This document shows, in pieces, positions 29,305-38,161 of a stretch of 39,188 nt of DNA. The stretch comes from Deltaproteobacteria bacterium (GTDB lineage: Bacteria > JACQOV01), in the NCBI GenBank assembly GCA_016202395.1, contig JACQOV010000100.1, positions 1 to 39,188 on the forward strand, given 5' to 3'. Below the pieces are notes generated by a model, which saw nothing but the letters and a program-made list of their open reading frames with translations, was not told the DNA's origin and did not search any database. A program made the translations under genes and the position numbers. The stretch's first letter is position 1. The number at the start of each line of letters is the position of its first letter.

Positions 29305-29388
29305 TAACTCATTGAAATTAATACAGAATAAAAAAGTCCCCGGTGTGACGTTATTGTAAATTGTGCGTGGTTGTGACTTTTTGATACA
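29305..29388 (-). promoter_or_regulatory. IHF-like site and tandem enhancer-like sites upstream of the sigma54 promoter
   Basis: Minus strand TTTCAATGAGTTA (29317-29305) is one mismatch from WATCAANNNNTTR; TGTGAC-initiated TGT-N11-AAA (29344-60) and TGT-N11-ACA (29372-88). Confidence 0.5.
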
Positions 29389-29391
29389 GAA

Positions 29392-30711
29392 TCATCCGAG
29401 CCAGACGGAGCGGCGCCGCTTCAGTTGATCATAGACCATCTGTTGGATATTGGCCCGGATCATCTCCGAGAACTGATTAATAAGGATATCATCCTCAATG
29501 GCCTCGGGCCCATAGGCAGAGAAGTCAAACGGTTTTCCCATGTGGATGTACCACTTGGTGGGGTAAGGGATGAGTCCTAGAAGCCCCAACCAAGGGAAGG
29601 TGGGGGTAATCGGGATGTAAGGGAGCTTGAACCAACGGCCTAACCAATCGGCCCGGGCCATTAAAGGCATGGCCTCTTCGGCTCCAATCACCGCTACGGG
29701 AACAATGATGGAACCGGTTCGGAGGGCCAATTTGATGAATCCACCGCGGCCAAAGCGTTGCAATTGATATCGCTCGGAGTAGAGTTTCCCAACCCCTTTG
29801 ACCCCTTCGGGGAAAACAGCGACAAGCTGATCCTTCCTCAGCAAGCATTCCGCGTTTTCTTGGCAGGCGCGAGCTCCTCCGACTCGGCTCATAAACGAGC
29901 CGCCAAAAGGAAAATAATAAACGAAATTCTCGACCAGGAACCGGACCTCCCGATGCTCGGGATGCTCGTTCATCACGGCCACCTTGATCATGGTTCCATC
30001 ATACGGGAGCGCTCCCGAGTGATTCCCAACCAGGAGGGCTCTCCCCTCATTGGGGACGTTCGTGACGCCTGAGGTTTCCACACGCCACCACGTTTTGTAG
30101 AGAAAGTCAAAAACAGGCTTCATCCGCGCTTGAAAGATTGGATCCAAACCGAATTCATCCACTTGTTCGGATCGGCTTCTCATCCAGAATTGTCGAAAAA
30201 TAGATCGCAGCGGCTCCAAGGAGATTCCTTCGCTGAGTTTCTGATAAGCGGTGAACAAAATCTGGATGATTTGTTCTCGATAGTGGTTCTCTTTTTCGGG
30301 AGTGGGCTCCTTTTCTTGCTGGTACTGTTGGGCGACCTCTTTGAGCCTCTCCTCATAATTATGAGCCAATTTTGAGAATCGTTTCTCGAATTCTGGAAGT
30401 GGAGGAGCTGTGGGAGGGTGCGCTGGAGGCTGGATCTTGTTTTCGATCTGGCGGAGGCCTTGTTGCAATCGCATCTCCAGGGTCGCAAATCGGTGTTCGA
30501 TCGCTTGATCGATCAAAGTTTGAGTGTCGGGCGGTGTGGAAGCAGACGATGGCGAGGCCGGAGATTTAGCCCCATTTCCCTCCGCTTTTACGGTGGGAAT
30601 CTCTTCCGGTTTTTGGAGAGCGCCCGCCTCTTTTGGGGTGGCAAGGAGCAGACTCGGTTTAGCCCCTTGCATGAAAGGATCGTTTCCTAAAACATTCTTT
30701 GGACCTGCCAT
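29392..30711 (-). CDS. PlsC-family (lysophospholipid) acyltransferase with N-terminal Pro-rich/coiled-coil extension
   Basis: GNHSGALPYDG, VFPEG, FGRGGF, VDEFGLDP; ATG 30711 after GGGGGAG. Confidence 0.88.
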   Translation of the reverse strand: MAGPKNVLGNDPFMQGAKPSLLLATPKEAGALQKPEEIPTVKAEGNGAKSPASPSSASTPPDTQTLIDQAIEHRFATLEMRLQQGLRQIENKIQPPAHPPTAPPLPEFEKRFSKLAHNYEERLKEVAQQYQQEKEPTPEKENHYREQIIQILFTAYQKLSEGISLEPLRSIFRQFWMRSRSEQVDEFGLDPIFQARMKPVFDFLYKTWWRVETSGVTNVPNEGRALLVGNHSGALPYDGTMIKVAVMNEHPEHREVRFLVENFVYYFPFGGSFMSRVGGARACQENAECLLRKDQLVAVFPEGVKGVGKLYSERYQLQRFGRGGFIKLALRTGSIIVPVAVIGAEEAMPLMARADWLGRWFKLPYIPITPTFPWLGLLGLIPYPTKWYIHMGKPFDFSAYGPEAIEDDILINQFSEMIRANIQQMVYDQLKRRRSVWLG

Positions 30712-30774
30712 AACTCCCCCATATCGCAAATTTAAAACATACCTCAGTTTCTTTAAAAAAACTAGGCCTTCAGC

Positions 30775-31773
30775 CTACTCCACCAGATGGATTTGACGCA
30801 GGCGTTGAATCCCGAGATAACTTTCCAGAGCCTCTTTGGTGCTGTATTTTGCTTCGAACCCAAGCTCTTCCTTGGCCTTTGTTCCATCAGCCACCCAAAC
30901 ATAGCGGATATAGTCGAGATGGGGCGCTGGAGCTCGAGTCACTTGGGCCAACCATAAGGCATCGACCATCGGATAAGCGATGCCGTGAAAGATCGGCAGA
31001 ATCGGTTTGCCAGCCAGCCGCAGCAGAGTAAAGAAGGGCAAGACCCCACGTCCCACAATATTGTATTCTCCGGAATAATCCCCTTCGATGACAAGATCCC
31101 ATGCATTGAGGAGATCTTCTTCGTGGACGGCTTGGAACAAAGGATCATAGCCTAACAGTGTGATGCAGACGGGGCGGCTCAGATAATCGGTTACAAAATT
31201 TTTGATCGTGGGTCCCAGAATAGTGCAAGGGCGAAGGACGGTAACGATGGTCTCAGGCCTTTTCTTCCGATAGCGACGGATCTCTTTTTCCACCTCCACC
31301 TTGTCGGCGACAAAGCGATAGCGGGGATTGATGTTGAGAGGATGATTCTCGGTCAAGAAGTTCGGATTTGTAGGATTGGCGCCATAGACCATCGTGGTGC
31401 TCGCCACGAGGATTTTATGAATCTTTACTTTCGCGCAAGCGTGCAATACGTTGATCGATCCGATCACCTCTACCTCATGCGGGTGGCTGCGGCTATGACT
31501 GGGGCTATTAAAAAAAGCCGCATGAATGAAGGTGTCACAACTCTCCCGTTCTAAGATTTCAGCAATGGTCGCGTCAATGGTCGGGATGGTGAGGTCAATC
31601 TGATAAAATTTCGTCGGAGGCTCCAAGAACGAAGGTTGGTGCCTATCGAGCGCAATCACCTGATAATCGGAGCGACTTTGAAGTCGTTTCAAGAGATTGC
31701 TCCCGATAAAACCATTCACTCCTGTGATCGCAATAACCCGCTTGTGTTTGAGTCGTGAACGCCGATGTGTCAT
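30775..31773 (-). CDS. NAD-dependent epimerase/dehydratase (extended SDR)
   Basis: ITGVNGFIG, STTMVYGA, LRPCTILGP, VHEEDL. Confidence 0.85.
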   Translation of the reverse strand: MTHRRSRLKHKRVIAITGVNGFIGSNLLKRLQSRSDYQVIALDRHQPSFLEPPTKFYQIDLTIPTIDATIAEILERESCDTFIHAAFFNSPSHSRSHPHEVEVIGSINVLHACAKVKIHKILVASTTMVYGANPTNPNFLTENHPLNINPRYRFVADKVEVEKEIRRYRKKRPETIVTVLRPCTILGPTIKNFVTDYLSRPVCITLLGYDPLFQAVHEEDLLNAWDLVIEGDYSGEYNIVGRGVLPFFTLLRLAGKPILPIFHGIAYPMVDALWLAQVTRAPAPHLDYIRYVWVADGTKAKEELGFEAKYSTKEALESYLGIQRLRQIHLVE

Positions 31774-31923
31774 CTTCTATCTGGTCCCTGCTAAACAAAT
31801 TCTTGTTGTGATGCAGTTCATGGGTAGCCTCTCTCCTAGTAAAAGTCAAGAAGAGCTTGACATGCGTGGTTTTTTGTATAATAAATAGCACGTTTGATCC
31901 TACCTAAAAAAACGAGGTGAACC

Positions 31924-32367
31924 ATGGGACTGGAAACTGTTCAGAAGAGTGTCACGATCAACGCCTCTCCTCAACAATGTTATGATGCACTGTGCCAATT
32001 TGAATCCTATCCCCAGTGGCAATCGGCTGTGCAATCCATTCGGGTCGTGGCGAAGTATCCGGATGGACGCGCTAAAGATGTGGAGGTGGTGGTTCATGCG
32101 GTGGTAAAGAAGATCCGGTATGTTTTGCGTTATCAATATGATGATGTGCGTCATAAGTTGAGTTGGACCTATGTGGATGGAGATGTCCGAAATGCGGAAG
32201 GTTGGTATCAGTTTAAGGAAGTGGGAGGAGATAAAACGGAGGCGACCTGTCAAATGGGGGTAGACCCTGGCTTTTGGGTTCCCAAGACGATTCGGAATAC
32301 GTTGACAGAGGTGACATTGACGAAATCGATGGAAGAGCTCAAGACCTATGCTGAGAAAAAAGGTTAG
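31924..32367 (+). CDS. SRPBCC/START-like (polyketide cyclase family) ligand-binding protein
   Basis: SVTINASPQQCYDALCQFESYPQW, LSWTYVDGD, EGWYQF, C-terminal helix; GAGG RBS. Confidence 0.8.
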   Translation: MGLETVQKSVTINASPQQCYDALCQFESYPQWQSAVQSIRVVAKYPDGRAKDVEVVVHAVVKKIRYVLRYQYDDVRHKLSWTYVDGDVRNAEGWYQFKEVGGDKTEATCQMGVDPGFWVPKTIRNTLTEVTLTKSMEELKTYAEKKG

Positions 32368-32668
32368 AGGGTACGTGGTCCTTTCAACCATTGGCTCACA
32401 TCGAAAGGCGCGCGTGTTGGCCTCGGCGTTGGTGAAAGAGCGACTTGCGGCTTGTGTTAACATCGTTTCGGGGGTGCGCTCGGTTTATATTTGGAAAAAT
32501 CGGTTCTGTGAGGATCGGGAGTTCTTGTTAGTGATTAAAACCTCTAAAGCTCGGTTAAATCGCTTGATAGCCCGCATCGAGGAGATTCATCCTTACGAAC
32601 TTCCGGAGGTGATCGCTTTGCCCATTGACGTGGGGGCGCGAAAGTACCTTCGATGGATCGAAGGTTAG
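32348..32668 (+). CDS. cutA: Divalent-cation tolerance protein CutA
   Basis: LVKERLAACVNI, SVYIW, HPYELPEVIA, YLRWI. Confidence 0.92.
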   Translation: MLRKKVRGYVVLSTIGSHRKARVLASALVKERLAACVNIVSGVRSVYIWKNRFCEDREFLLVIKTSKARLNRLIARIEEIHPYELPEVIALPIDVGARKYLRWIEG

Positions 32669-32910
32669 AAGGAAGGCTTCATCTGTGGAGTTTTGTTTAC
32701 AGTGGGTCGGTAAAAAAGATCAACACCTATTTCTTTTTAGAAAACAGGAAGTTAGCGTTTTATGGAGGGGTAAAGCGTAAAAAAAGTTTGCACTTTTTTT
32801 CGGGTGGATTTTTTTTGATTCCGTCTTTGTAAGAGGGAAGGATGGTCTATCTTTTTGAAAATAGAGTGTTTTTAGCTCAGTGTTTTGAATTATTTAAAAA
32901 GAAGCTTTTC

Positions 32911-32926
32911 TGGCACTGTTTTTGCA
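32911..32926 (+). promoter_or_regulatory. Sigma54 (-24/-12) promoter of the TatT-DctP operon
   Basis: TGGCAC-TGTTT-TTGCA consensus in a ~300-bp AT-rich intergenic region; AAGGAGG precedes ATG 32977. Confidence 0.75.
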
Positions 32927-32976
32927 TGTCCTAAGATGCCGAAGGGCATTATTTACCTATAAAGGAGGGTACAACA

Positions 32977-33843
32977 ATGAAGTGGGTCGTATTAACAGTA
33001 TCGCTAAGTGGCTTGCTGCTGTTTAACGCCAGTTGTTCTATCAAAGCGGCAGCAGTTAATGCGCTGGTCCCCAGCATGTACGACATGATAGAGACCTCTT
33101 ATCAAGGAAAAGATTCTGCAACCGTTGGAGAGGCCCTTCCCACCTTTATTGTTCTGATGGAGGGGATGGTGGGGATGTCTCCAAAAAATCAGGAGTTGCT
33201 GGCTTTGGCAGGACAGCTCAACGCCTTCTATGCGATGGGATTTATGGAACAACAGGATCCCAAGAGGGCGATACGGCTTTATGAAAGGGGTGTGGAACTG
33301 GGGATGGAGGCGTTGAAGCGAAACAAAAAATTCCGCAACTCTTTGGCAAGAGGGGATAAGTTTCGTGAAGCGACTCCGTACTTAAAGAAAGACGATCTGC
33401 TCCCCGCGTTTTGGACCCTCATGGCATGGGCCCTTCTTTTACAACTCAAGTTGGACGATCCCAAAGCCCTTTTCGATCTTCCTAAAGTTACCGCACTTCT
33501 GAATCGGGTTATGGAATTGGATGACACCTATTTCTTCGGAGCGCCTCATCTTTTGCAAGGGGCTCTCTACACGATTCTGCCCGCGATGGCAGGAGGGGGA
33601 CCGGATAAGGCCCAGGCAGAGTTTGGCAAGCTTTTTGCGATCTCGGGAGATCGGTTCATGCTGGGGCATGTCTACTATGCTCAGAACTACGCCACTCTTA
33701 TCAAAGATAAGGCCCTTTTCGAGAGTGAGCTCCAGCTCGTTTTGGACACCCCCTCGGAGGTGCTCACAGAAATGCCGATTGCGAACGAGATGGCCAAGGA
33801 TCTGGCTCGAAAGCTTTTAGCGAAAAAGGATGAGCTTTTTTAG
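32977..33843 (+). CDS. TRAP transporter T-component (TatT) lipoprotein
   Basis: Lipoprotein-type signal ending LFNASC; helical repeats; ELDDTYFFGAPH, PAMAGGGPDKA, ANEMAKDLARKLL; followed by DctP genes. Confidence 0.85.
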   Translation: MKWVVLTVSLSGLLLFNASCSIKAAAVNALVPSMYDMIETSYQGKDSATVGEALPTFIVLMEGMVGMSPKNQELLALAGQLNAFYAMGFMEQQDPKRAIRLYERGVELGMEALKRNKKFRNSLARGDKFREATPYLKKDDLLPAFWTLMAWALLLQLKLDDPKALFDLPKVTALLNRVMELDDTYFFGAPHLLQGALYTILPAMAGGGPDKAQAEFGKLFAISGDRFMLGHVYYAQNYATLIKDKALFESELQLVLDTPSEVLTEMPIANEMAKDLARKLLAKKDELF

Positions 33844-34891
33844 TTTACATAAGAAGTGGGGGAGGTCGTTGGGGTTGGCTCTTGTTGTCAGCGCTTCTGT
33901 GTCGTCAGCGCAGACATCCGCGCCGAAGTATATCCTTAAACTGGGGGCGGTGACCCCTCCGGGGACCTCCCAGGCTCGAGTAGAGCAGAGAATAGCCGAT
34001 CGGATTGATGAAGCAACCCAAGGGGAGGTGAAGGCGGTTTGGTATTTCGGGGCGATTTTGGGGGATGATATTGAGATGGTTCGAAAGGCGAGGTTGGGGC
34101 AACTCGATGGAGGGGGTTGGGTGGAATCGGGATTGTCTGAGATCGCTAGGGAGGTGATGTTGTTGGGAACCCCCTTTTTCTTTAACTTTACACTGAATGA
34201 TTATTCGGAGGCGCTTTGCACCCTGGATGGATCTCTTCCCTCGTATCAGAGGCTTTTTGAACGGAAGGGATTTGTTCTGGTGGATTGGTTTCCATTGGGG
34301 GGGCTCTTTTTCATGTCCAAACAACCGTTTCAGAGCCTTAAAGACGTTGAGAATTTAAAATTTTGGAGTTGGAGCGGTTACCCCATGTTTCAACCGATTT
34401 TCGATGCGCTGGGGGTGAAAAATCAGGTGAGTTTATCGCTCACCGAGGTTTTACCCGCTTTGCAAACGGGGATGATCGATGCCACCGTGGCCATACCGTT
34501 TGGTTTTGTGAGTCTCCAATGGTACACCGAGCAGAGGTATATCTTGGACTTTCCCATTTCGTTCCTGAATGCGGCCGTGGTGTTGAAAAAATCTTCCCTT
34601 GAAAAGATTCCGCCTCCCTTGCAAGAGAAAGTGCTTCAAGCCATCCGTGAGACAAGGAAAGAATGGCTTGAAGTGGATATGGAAGGAAACGGGAAGATAT
34701 TCCAAGCCCTGTTGGACTATGGGATCCAACCGATCCGAAACCCCGAGCTAATGGAGCAGGTTAAAAAGAGGACGGAGGGGGTTGCGAAGGGCATGACAGG
34801 AAAATATTGGTCTCAGGAATTTTACGACCAGATGGTGGGCCTTCGTGATCAATGTCGCGCGTTACGATCGGGTCCAGAAGCGGTGGAGTAA
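33830..34891 (+). CDS. dctP: TRAP substrate-binding protein DctP/TatP, paralogue 1
   Basis: LKLGAVTPPGT, LGDDIEMVRKARLGQLDG, EVLPALQTGMIDA, LQWYT. Confidence 0.85.
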   Translation: MSFFSLHKKWGRSLGLALVVSASVSSAQTSAPKYILKLGAVTPPGTSQARVEQRIADRIDEATQGEVKAVWYFGAILGDDIEMVRKARLGQLDGGGWVESGLSEIAREVMLLGTPFFFNFTLNDYSEALCTLDGSLPSYQRLFERKGFVLVDWFPLGGLFFMSKQPFQSLKDVENLKFWSWSGYPMFQPIFDALGVKNQVSLSLTEVLPALQTGMIDATVAIPFGFVSLQWYTEQRYILDFPISFLNAAVVLKKSSLEKIPPPLQEKVLQAIRETRKEWLEVDMEGNGKIFQALLDYGIQPIRNPELMEQVKKRTEGVAKGMTGKYWSQEFYDQMVGLRDQCRALRSGPEAVE

Positions 34892-34918
34892 ACAGGATTC
34901 GTCGGGAGGAGGTTCCTG

Positions 34919-35935
34919 TTGAGAATCGGTGTGGTTGGGGCAACGTTTTTATTTTTTGCGATTGCTTCGCAGGCCGTTGCGGATCCAGCCTATGTCATCA
35001 AATTGGGGACCTCTACCCCCGTGGGTACCGAGCAAGCTCGGATCGAGGAAGAGATGGCCCGGGCGATTTATGAAAAGACCTCTGGAAAGGTGAAAGTGGT
35101 GTGGTATATGGGGGCCGTTTTAGGGGACGATGTAGATCAAATACGAAAGACCCATCTGGGGCAGATCGATGGTGGAGGATGGTTAGGGATGGGTTTAACG
35201 CAGATTGTAAAAGAGATAGCTTTATTGGAAAGCCCTTTCTTTTTTAATTTGACACTGGATGATTTCTCTGAGGTGGATTGCACCTTGAAAGGGACGCTCC
35301 CTCTTTATCAAAAGCTTTTTCAGGACAAAGGATTTGTATTGGTCGACTGGTACCAACATGGCCCCGGTTTTTTCCTTTTCAAAAGGCCGGTCGAGAGGCT
35401 GGAAGATTTGCAACAATTTCGAGTTTGGCTGTGGCCGGGGTACCCGGTATTCGAGCAATTCATAAGAGCCGTTGGAATCGGCAATCCGGTTGGAATTCCT
35501 CTTCCTGAGGTTTTAACCTCTCTACAGACGGGGGTCATTGAGACTTCGGCGGGCGCCCCTTTTGCTTTGGTAGCCCTGCAATGGTACACCGAGGCGAATT
35601 ACATTTTTGATACCCCTTTGTTGTTTGTGACGGCGGCTTTAGTAATCAAGAAATCGAAACTCGATGCGATGCCGGAACCGGTGCGGCAACAGGTTTTTGA
35701 TTATCTTCATTCAAGCGCCCCGTCCATGGTGGCCTCTATGAGGAGGGCCGACAAAGTATCCTACGAACAATTGATCCAACACGGCTTGAGGCGTTTCTCG
35801 GATCCTAAGATTCTGGAGGAGGTGAAGAGAAAAAGCCAAAAAGTTTATGAGAACATGATCGGAAAAGATTATTCCCGAGAATTTTACGAGCAAGTGGTCT
35901 CGATCCGAGACCAGTGCCGCGCCACCGTTCATTAA
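34919..35935 (+). CDS. dctP: TRAP substrate-binding protein DctP/TatP, paralogue 2
   Basis: TTG start after GGAGGAGG; LGDDVDQIRKTHLGQIDG, EVLTSLQTGVIE, LQWYT. Confidence 0.85.
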   Translation: MRIGVVGATFLFFAIASQAVADPAYVIKLGTSTPVGTEQARIEEEMARAIYEKTSGKVKVVWYMGAVLGDDVDQIRKTHLGQIDGGGWLGMGLTQIVKEIALLESPFFFNLTLDDFSEVDCTLKGTLPLYQKLFQDKGFVLVDWYQHGPGFFLFKRPVERLEDLQQFRVWLWPGYPVFEQFIRAVGIGNPVGIPLPEVLTSLQTGVIETSAGAPFALVALQWYTEANYIFDTPLLFVTAALVIKKSKLDAMPEPVRQQVFDYLHSSAPSMVASMRRADKVSYEQLIQHGLRRFSDPKILEEVKRKSQKVYENMIGKDYSREFYEQVVSIRDQCRATVH

Positions 35936-35939
35936 AGAT

Positions 35940-37073
35940 ATGAAGATACTTCGAGAAATTTTTGGGCGAGGAATGTTTAGGCGAGGAATTTTTAGGAGAG
36001 AGGTGTTGACCTTAGGGATGGTCTTTGTTTTCCTCGGATCGGCCTTTGCGTTTGCGGAAGAGGGGAGGACTCTTTTAAAGATGGGGATGATTTTGCCTCA
36101 GGGGACCCCTGCGGCCAATCTCATCCTGGAGTTGAAACAGGAGATCTTAAAGAAAACCCAAGGAAAGATTAAGACAGAGTGGTACATGGGGGCGGTGCTT
36201 GGCGATGAAACCGACATGAGACGAAAAGCGATCTTAGATCAGATTCAGGGAGGGGCTTGGACGGTGGGAGGTCTTTCTCCCATTGTTTCGGAGACTCAGT
36301 TGCTCGAAGGCCCGTTCTTTTTTAATTTTACGTTGAGCGATTATCGTGAAGTCGATTGCACTCTTCAGAAATCTTATCCCATCTGGCAAAAGATGTTTAA
36401 AGAGAAGGGGTTTGTTCTGGTGGACTGGTACCAACAAGGCCCCATTTATTTTATTCATAAATCTCCCGCCAATACGATGGAGGATGCCGAGAAATTTAAG
36501 GCTTGGTCTTATCCGGGATATCCGATGTCGGAAGAGATTATGAAAGCGTGGGGAGTCCAAAATCGCATCTCGCTCGGATTGCCTGAGGTTCTTACAGGGT
36601 TACAAACAGGCATCATTGAAACGGCTTATGCCTCTCCCGCCTCTTTGGTTGGATTACAATGGTACACCGAGGTCAATTATATCTTAGGCATTCCGGTGAC
36701 CTTTAGCCCCGTTGGAGTATTGGTGACCCAGAAGGCTTTTGACCGCTTATCCCCTTCCGATCAAAAGATCTTTCTAGAGACCTTTCGATCTAAAACTTCG
36801 CAGGTCACGCAGTCGCTTCGGGAAGCAGATCGATTGGCTTATAAGGGTTTGGTCGAAGGGGAGGGGGCGCCATTAAAGGTATCGGGCAATCCGGAGATCT
36901 TCGCGGAATTGAAAAAAAGGGCGGGAAAGGTTTATGAAAACCTGACAGGAAAGGTTTGGTCTCAGAATTTCTATCAACAAATCGTGTCTATTCGGAATCA
37001 ATGTCGTGCATCGTTAAATGAACCCCTCACCCTTAAACCCTCTCCCCGCTCCGCGGGGAGAGGGAAGGGGTGA
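35940..37073 (+). CDS. dctP: TRAP substrate-binding protein DctP/TatP, paralogue 3
   Basis: LGDETDMRRKAILDQIQG, EVLTGLQTGIIE, LQWYT; C-terminus runs through a REP-like hairpin; start may be downstream. Confidence 0.83.
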   Translation: MKILREIFGRGMFRRGIFRREVLTLGMVFVFLGSAFAFAEEGRTLLKMGMILPQGTPAANLILELKQEILKKTQGKIKTEWYMGAVLGDETDMRRKAILDQIQGGAWTVGGLSPIVSETQLLEGPFFFNFTLSDYREVDCTLQKSYPIWQKMFKEKGFVLVDWYQQGPIYFIHKSPANTMEDAEKFKAWSYPGYPMSEEIMKAWGVQNRISLGLPEVLTGLQTGIIETAYASPASLVGLQWYTEVNYILGIPVTFSPVGVLVTQKAFDRLSPSDQKIFLETFRSKTSQVTQSLREADRLAYKGLVEGEGAPLKVSGNPEIFAELKKRAGKVYENLTGKVWSQNFYQQIVSIRNQCRASLNEPLTLKPSPRSAGRGKG

Positions 37074-37077
37074 GGGG
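37023..37077. repeat. REP-like palindrome (CCCCTCACCC...CCCTCTCCCC...GGGGAGAGGG type)
   Basis: CCCCTCACCC/GGGTGAGGGG outer stem; CCCTCTCCCCGC-tcc-GCGGGGAGAGGG inner stem. Confidence 0.8.
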
Positions 37078-37099
37078 CGCTGTGGAAGGAGGTTGGATT

Positions 37100-38161
37100 A
37101 TGAAAAGGTGGATGTTGGCTGTTTCGGTTTTTTTCTTTCTCTTTAGCCAGGGAAAGACATTTGCGGGGCCTTGTGAATTTAGGGCTGGGGTTTTGTTCCC
37201 TGAAGGAACCTCCTGGATGAAAAATATCCACAAGATGGAGGAGGAGATTAAGCAAAAAACGAATGGGGAGTGTTCTTTCGTGATCTATACGGGGGGAAGT
37301 CAGGGGGATGAGCCGACCATGCTTCAGAAAATGCGGTTGGGGCAGCTCAACGTGATGATGAGCTCCGGCATGGGGTTGAACAAAATCGACACGGCCATAG
37401 AGGTTCTTGAAAATCCAGGGCTCTATGATATCAGCGCGGGGCTGCCCCGGGCCTATCAAGAGGTCGATTATCTTCATCAAAAGATGCTGCCGGTTTTTCA
37501 GGAGCGGTTTCGCAAGAAAGCGTACGAGCTGGTCGCTCTGGCGAGCCAGGGGTTTATGTACGTTTACACCACCAAATCGGTTAAAACATTCGACGATATG
37601 AAGAAGCTAAAGTTCGAACTCTGGAGCGGGTTGCTGATGAATCAAAAATTGTGCGAAGGATTTAAACTGAATTGCATTCCTGTCAATTTTCCAGAGATAT
37701 TAACCAACTTGCAGACCGGTTTGCTGGACGCGGTTTATCTCAATCCCATGACGCTCGTAGCTCTACAGTGGCACACCGAAGTGAAGTATGTTATCGATAT
37801 GCCGTTGGTTCATGGCATTGGGGGATTCATTGTTACCAAGAGCACGTGGGACAAAGTTCCGCCAGCCCACCAAAAGGTGATTGCCGAGGCGATGCAGAGA
37901 TACCTTCCTGACATTCATGCGGCCAACCGCCGGGATGATCAGGTGGTTGCGGACTCCTTGTTGAAGCAAGGGATTGAAAATATTGCCCCGCCAAAGGAGA
38001 TGAGGGAAAGTTTTCTGACTGATTCCAGGGCGATGCAACAGAAGATGGTGGGAGATCTTTATCCCCAAGAGATTTTGGATCAAGCTCTCGCTCACTTGAA
38101 GGAATTTCGAACGAAGAACCCTCTTCCAGACCAGAGAGGGGCTGGAAATGCGAAGAATTAG
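37100..38161 (+). CDS. dctP: TRAP substrate-binding protein DctP/TatP, paralogue 4
   Basis: ATG 37100 after AAGGAGG; PEGTSW, GGSQGDEPTMLQKMRLGQL, EILTNLQTGLLD, LQWHT. Confidence 0.87.
   Translation: MKRWMLAVSVFFFLFSQGKTFAGPCEFRAGVLFPEGTSWMKNIHKMEEEIKQKTNGECSFVIYTGGSQGDEPTMLQKMRLGQLNVMMSSGMGLNKIDTAIEVLENPGLYDISAGLPRAYQEVDYLHQKMLPVFQERFRKKAYELVALASQGFMYVYTTKSVKTFDDMKKLKFELWSGLLMNQKLCEGFKLNCIPVNFPEILTNLQTGLLDAVYLNPMTLVALQWHTEVKYVIDMPLVHGIGGFIVTKSTWDKVPPAHQKVIAEAMQRYLPDIHAANRRDDQVVADSLLKQGIENIAPPKEMRESFLTDSRAMQQKMVGDLYPQEILDQALAHLKEFRTKNPLPDQRGAGNAKN

Noticed and set aside
29055-29312. 85-aa minus-strand ORF
   Set aside because: Spans the sigma54 promoter, candidate sRNA and MITE; no RBS or recognisable domain
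31857-31882. TTGACA and TATAAT upstream of the SRPBCC gene
   Set aside because: Spacer is only 14 bp, too short for a canonical sigma70 promoter; the -10 might still be used alone
32669-32910. IHF or enhancer sites upstream of the TatT sigma54 promoter
   Set aside because: Region is AT-rich with only weak IHF-like matches and no clear palindrome; cannot be placed confidently
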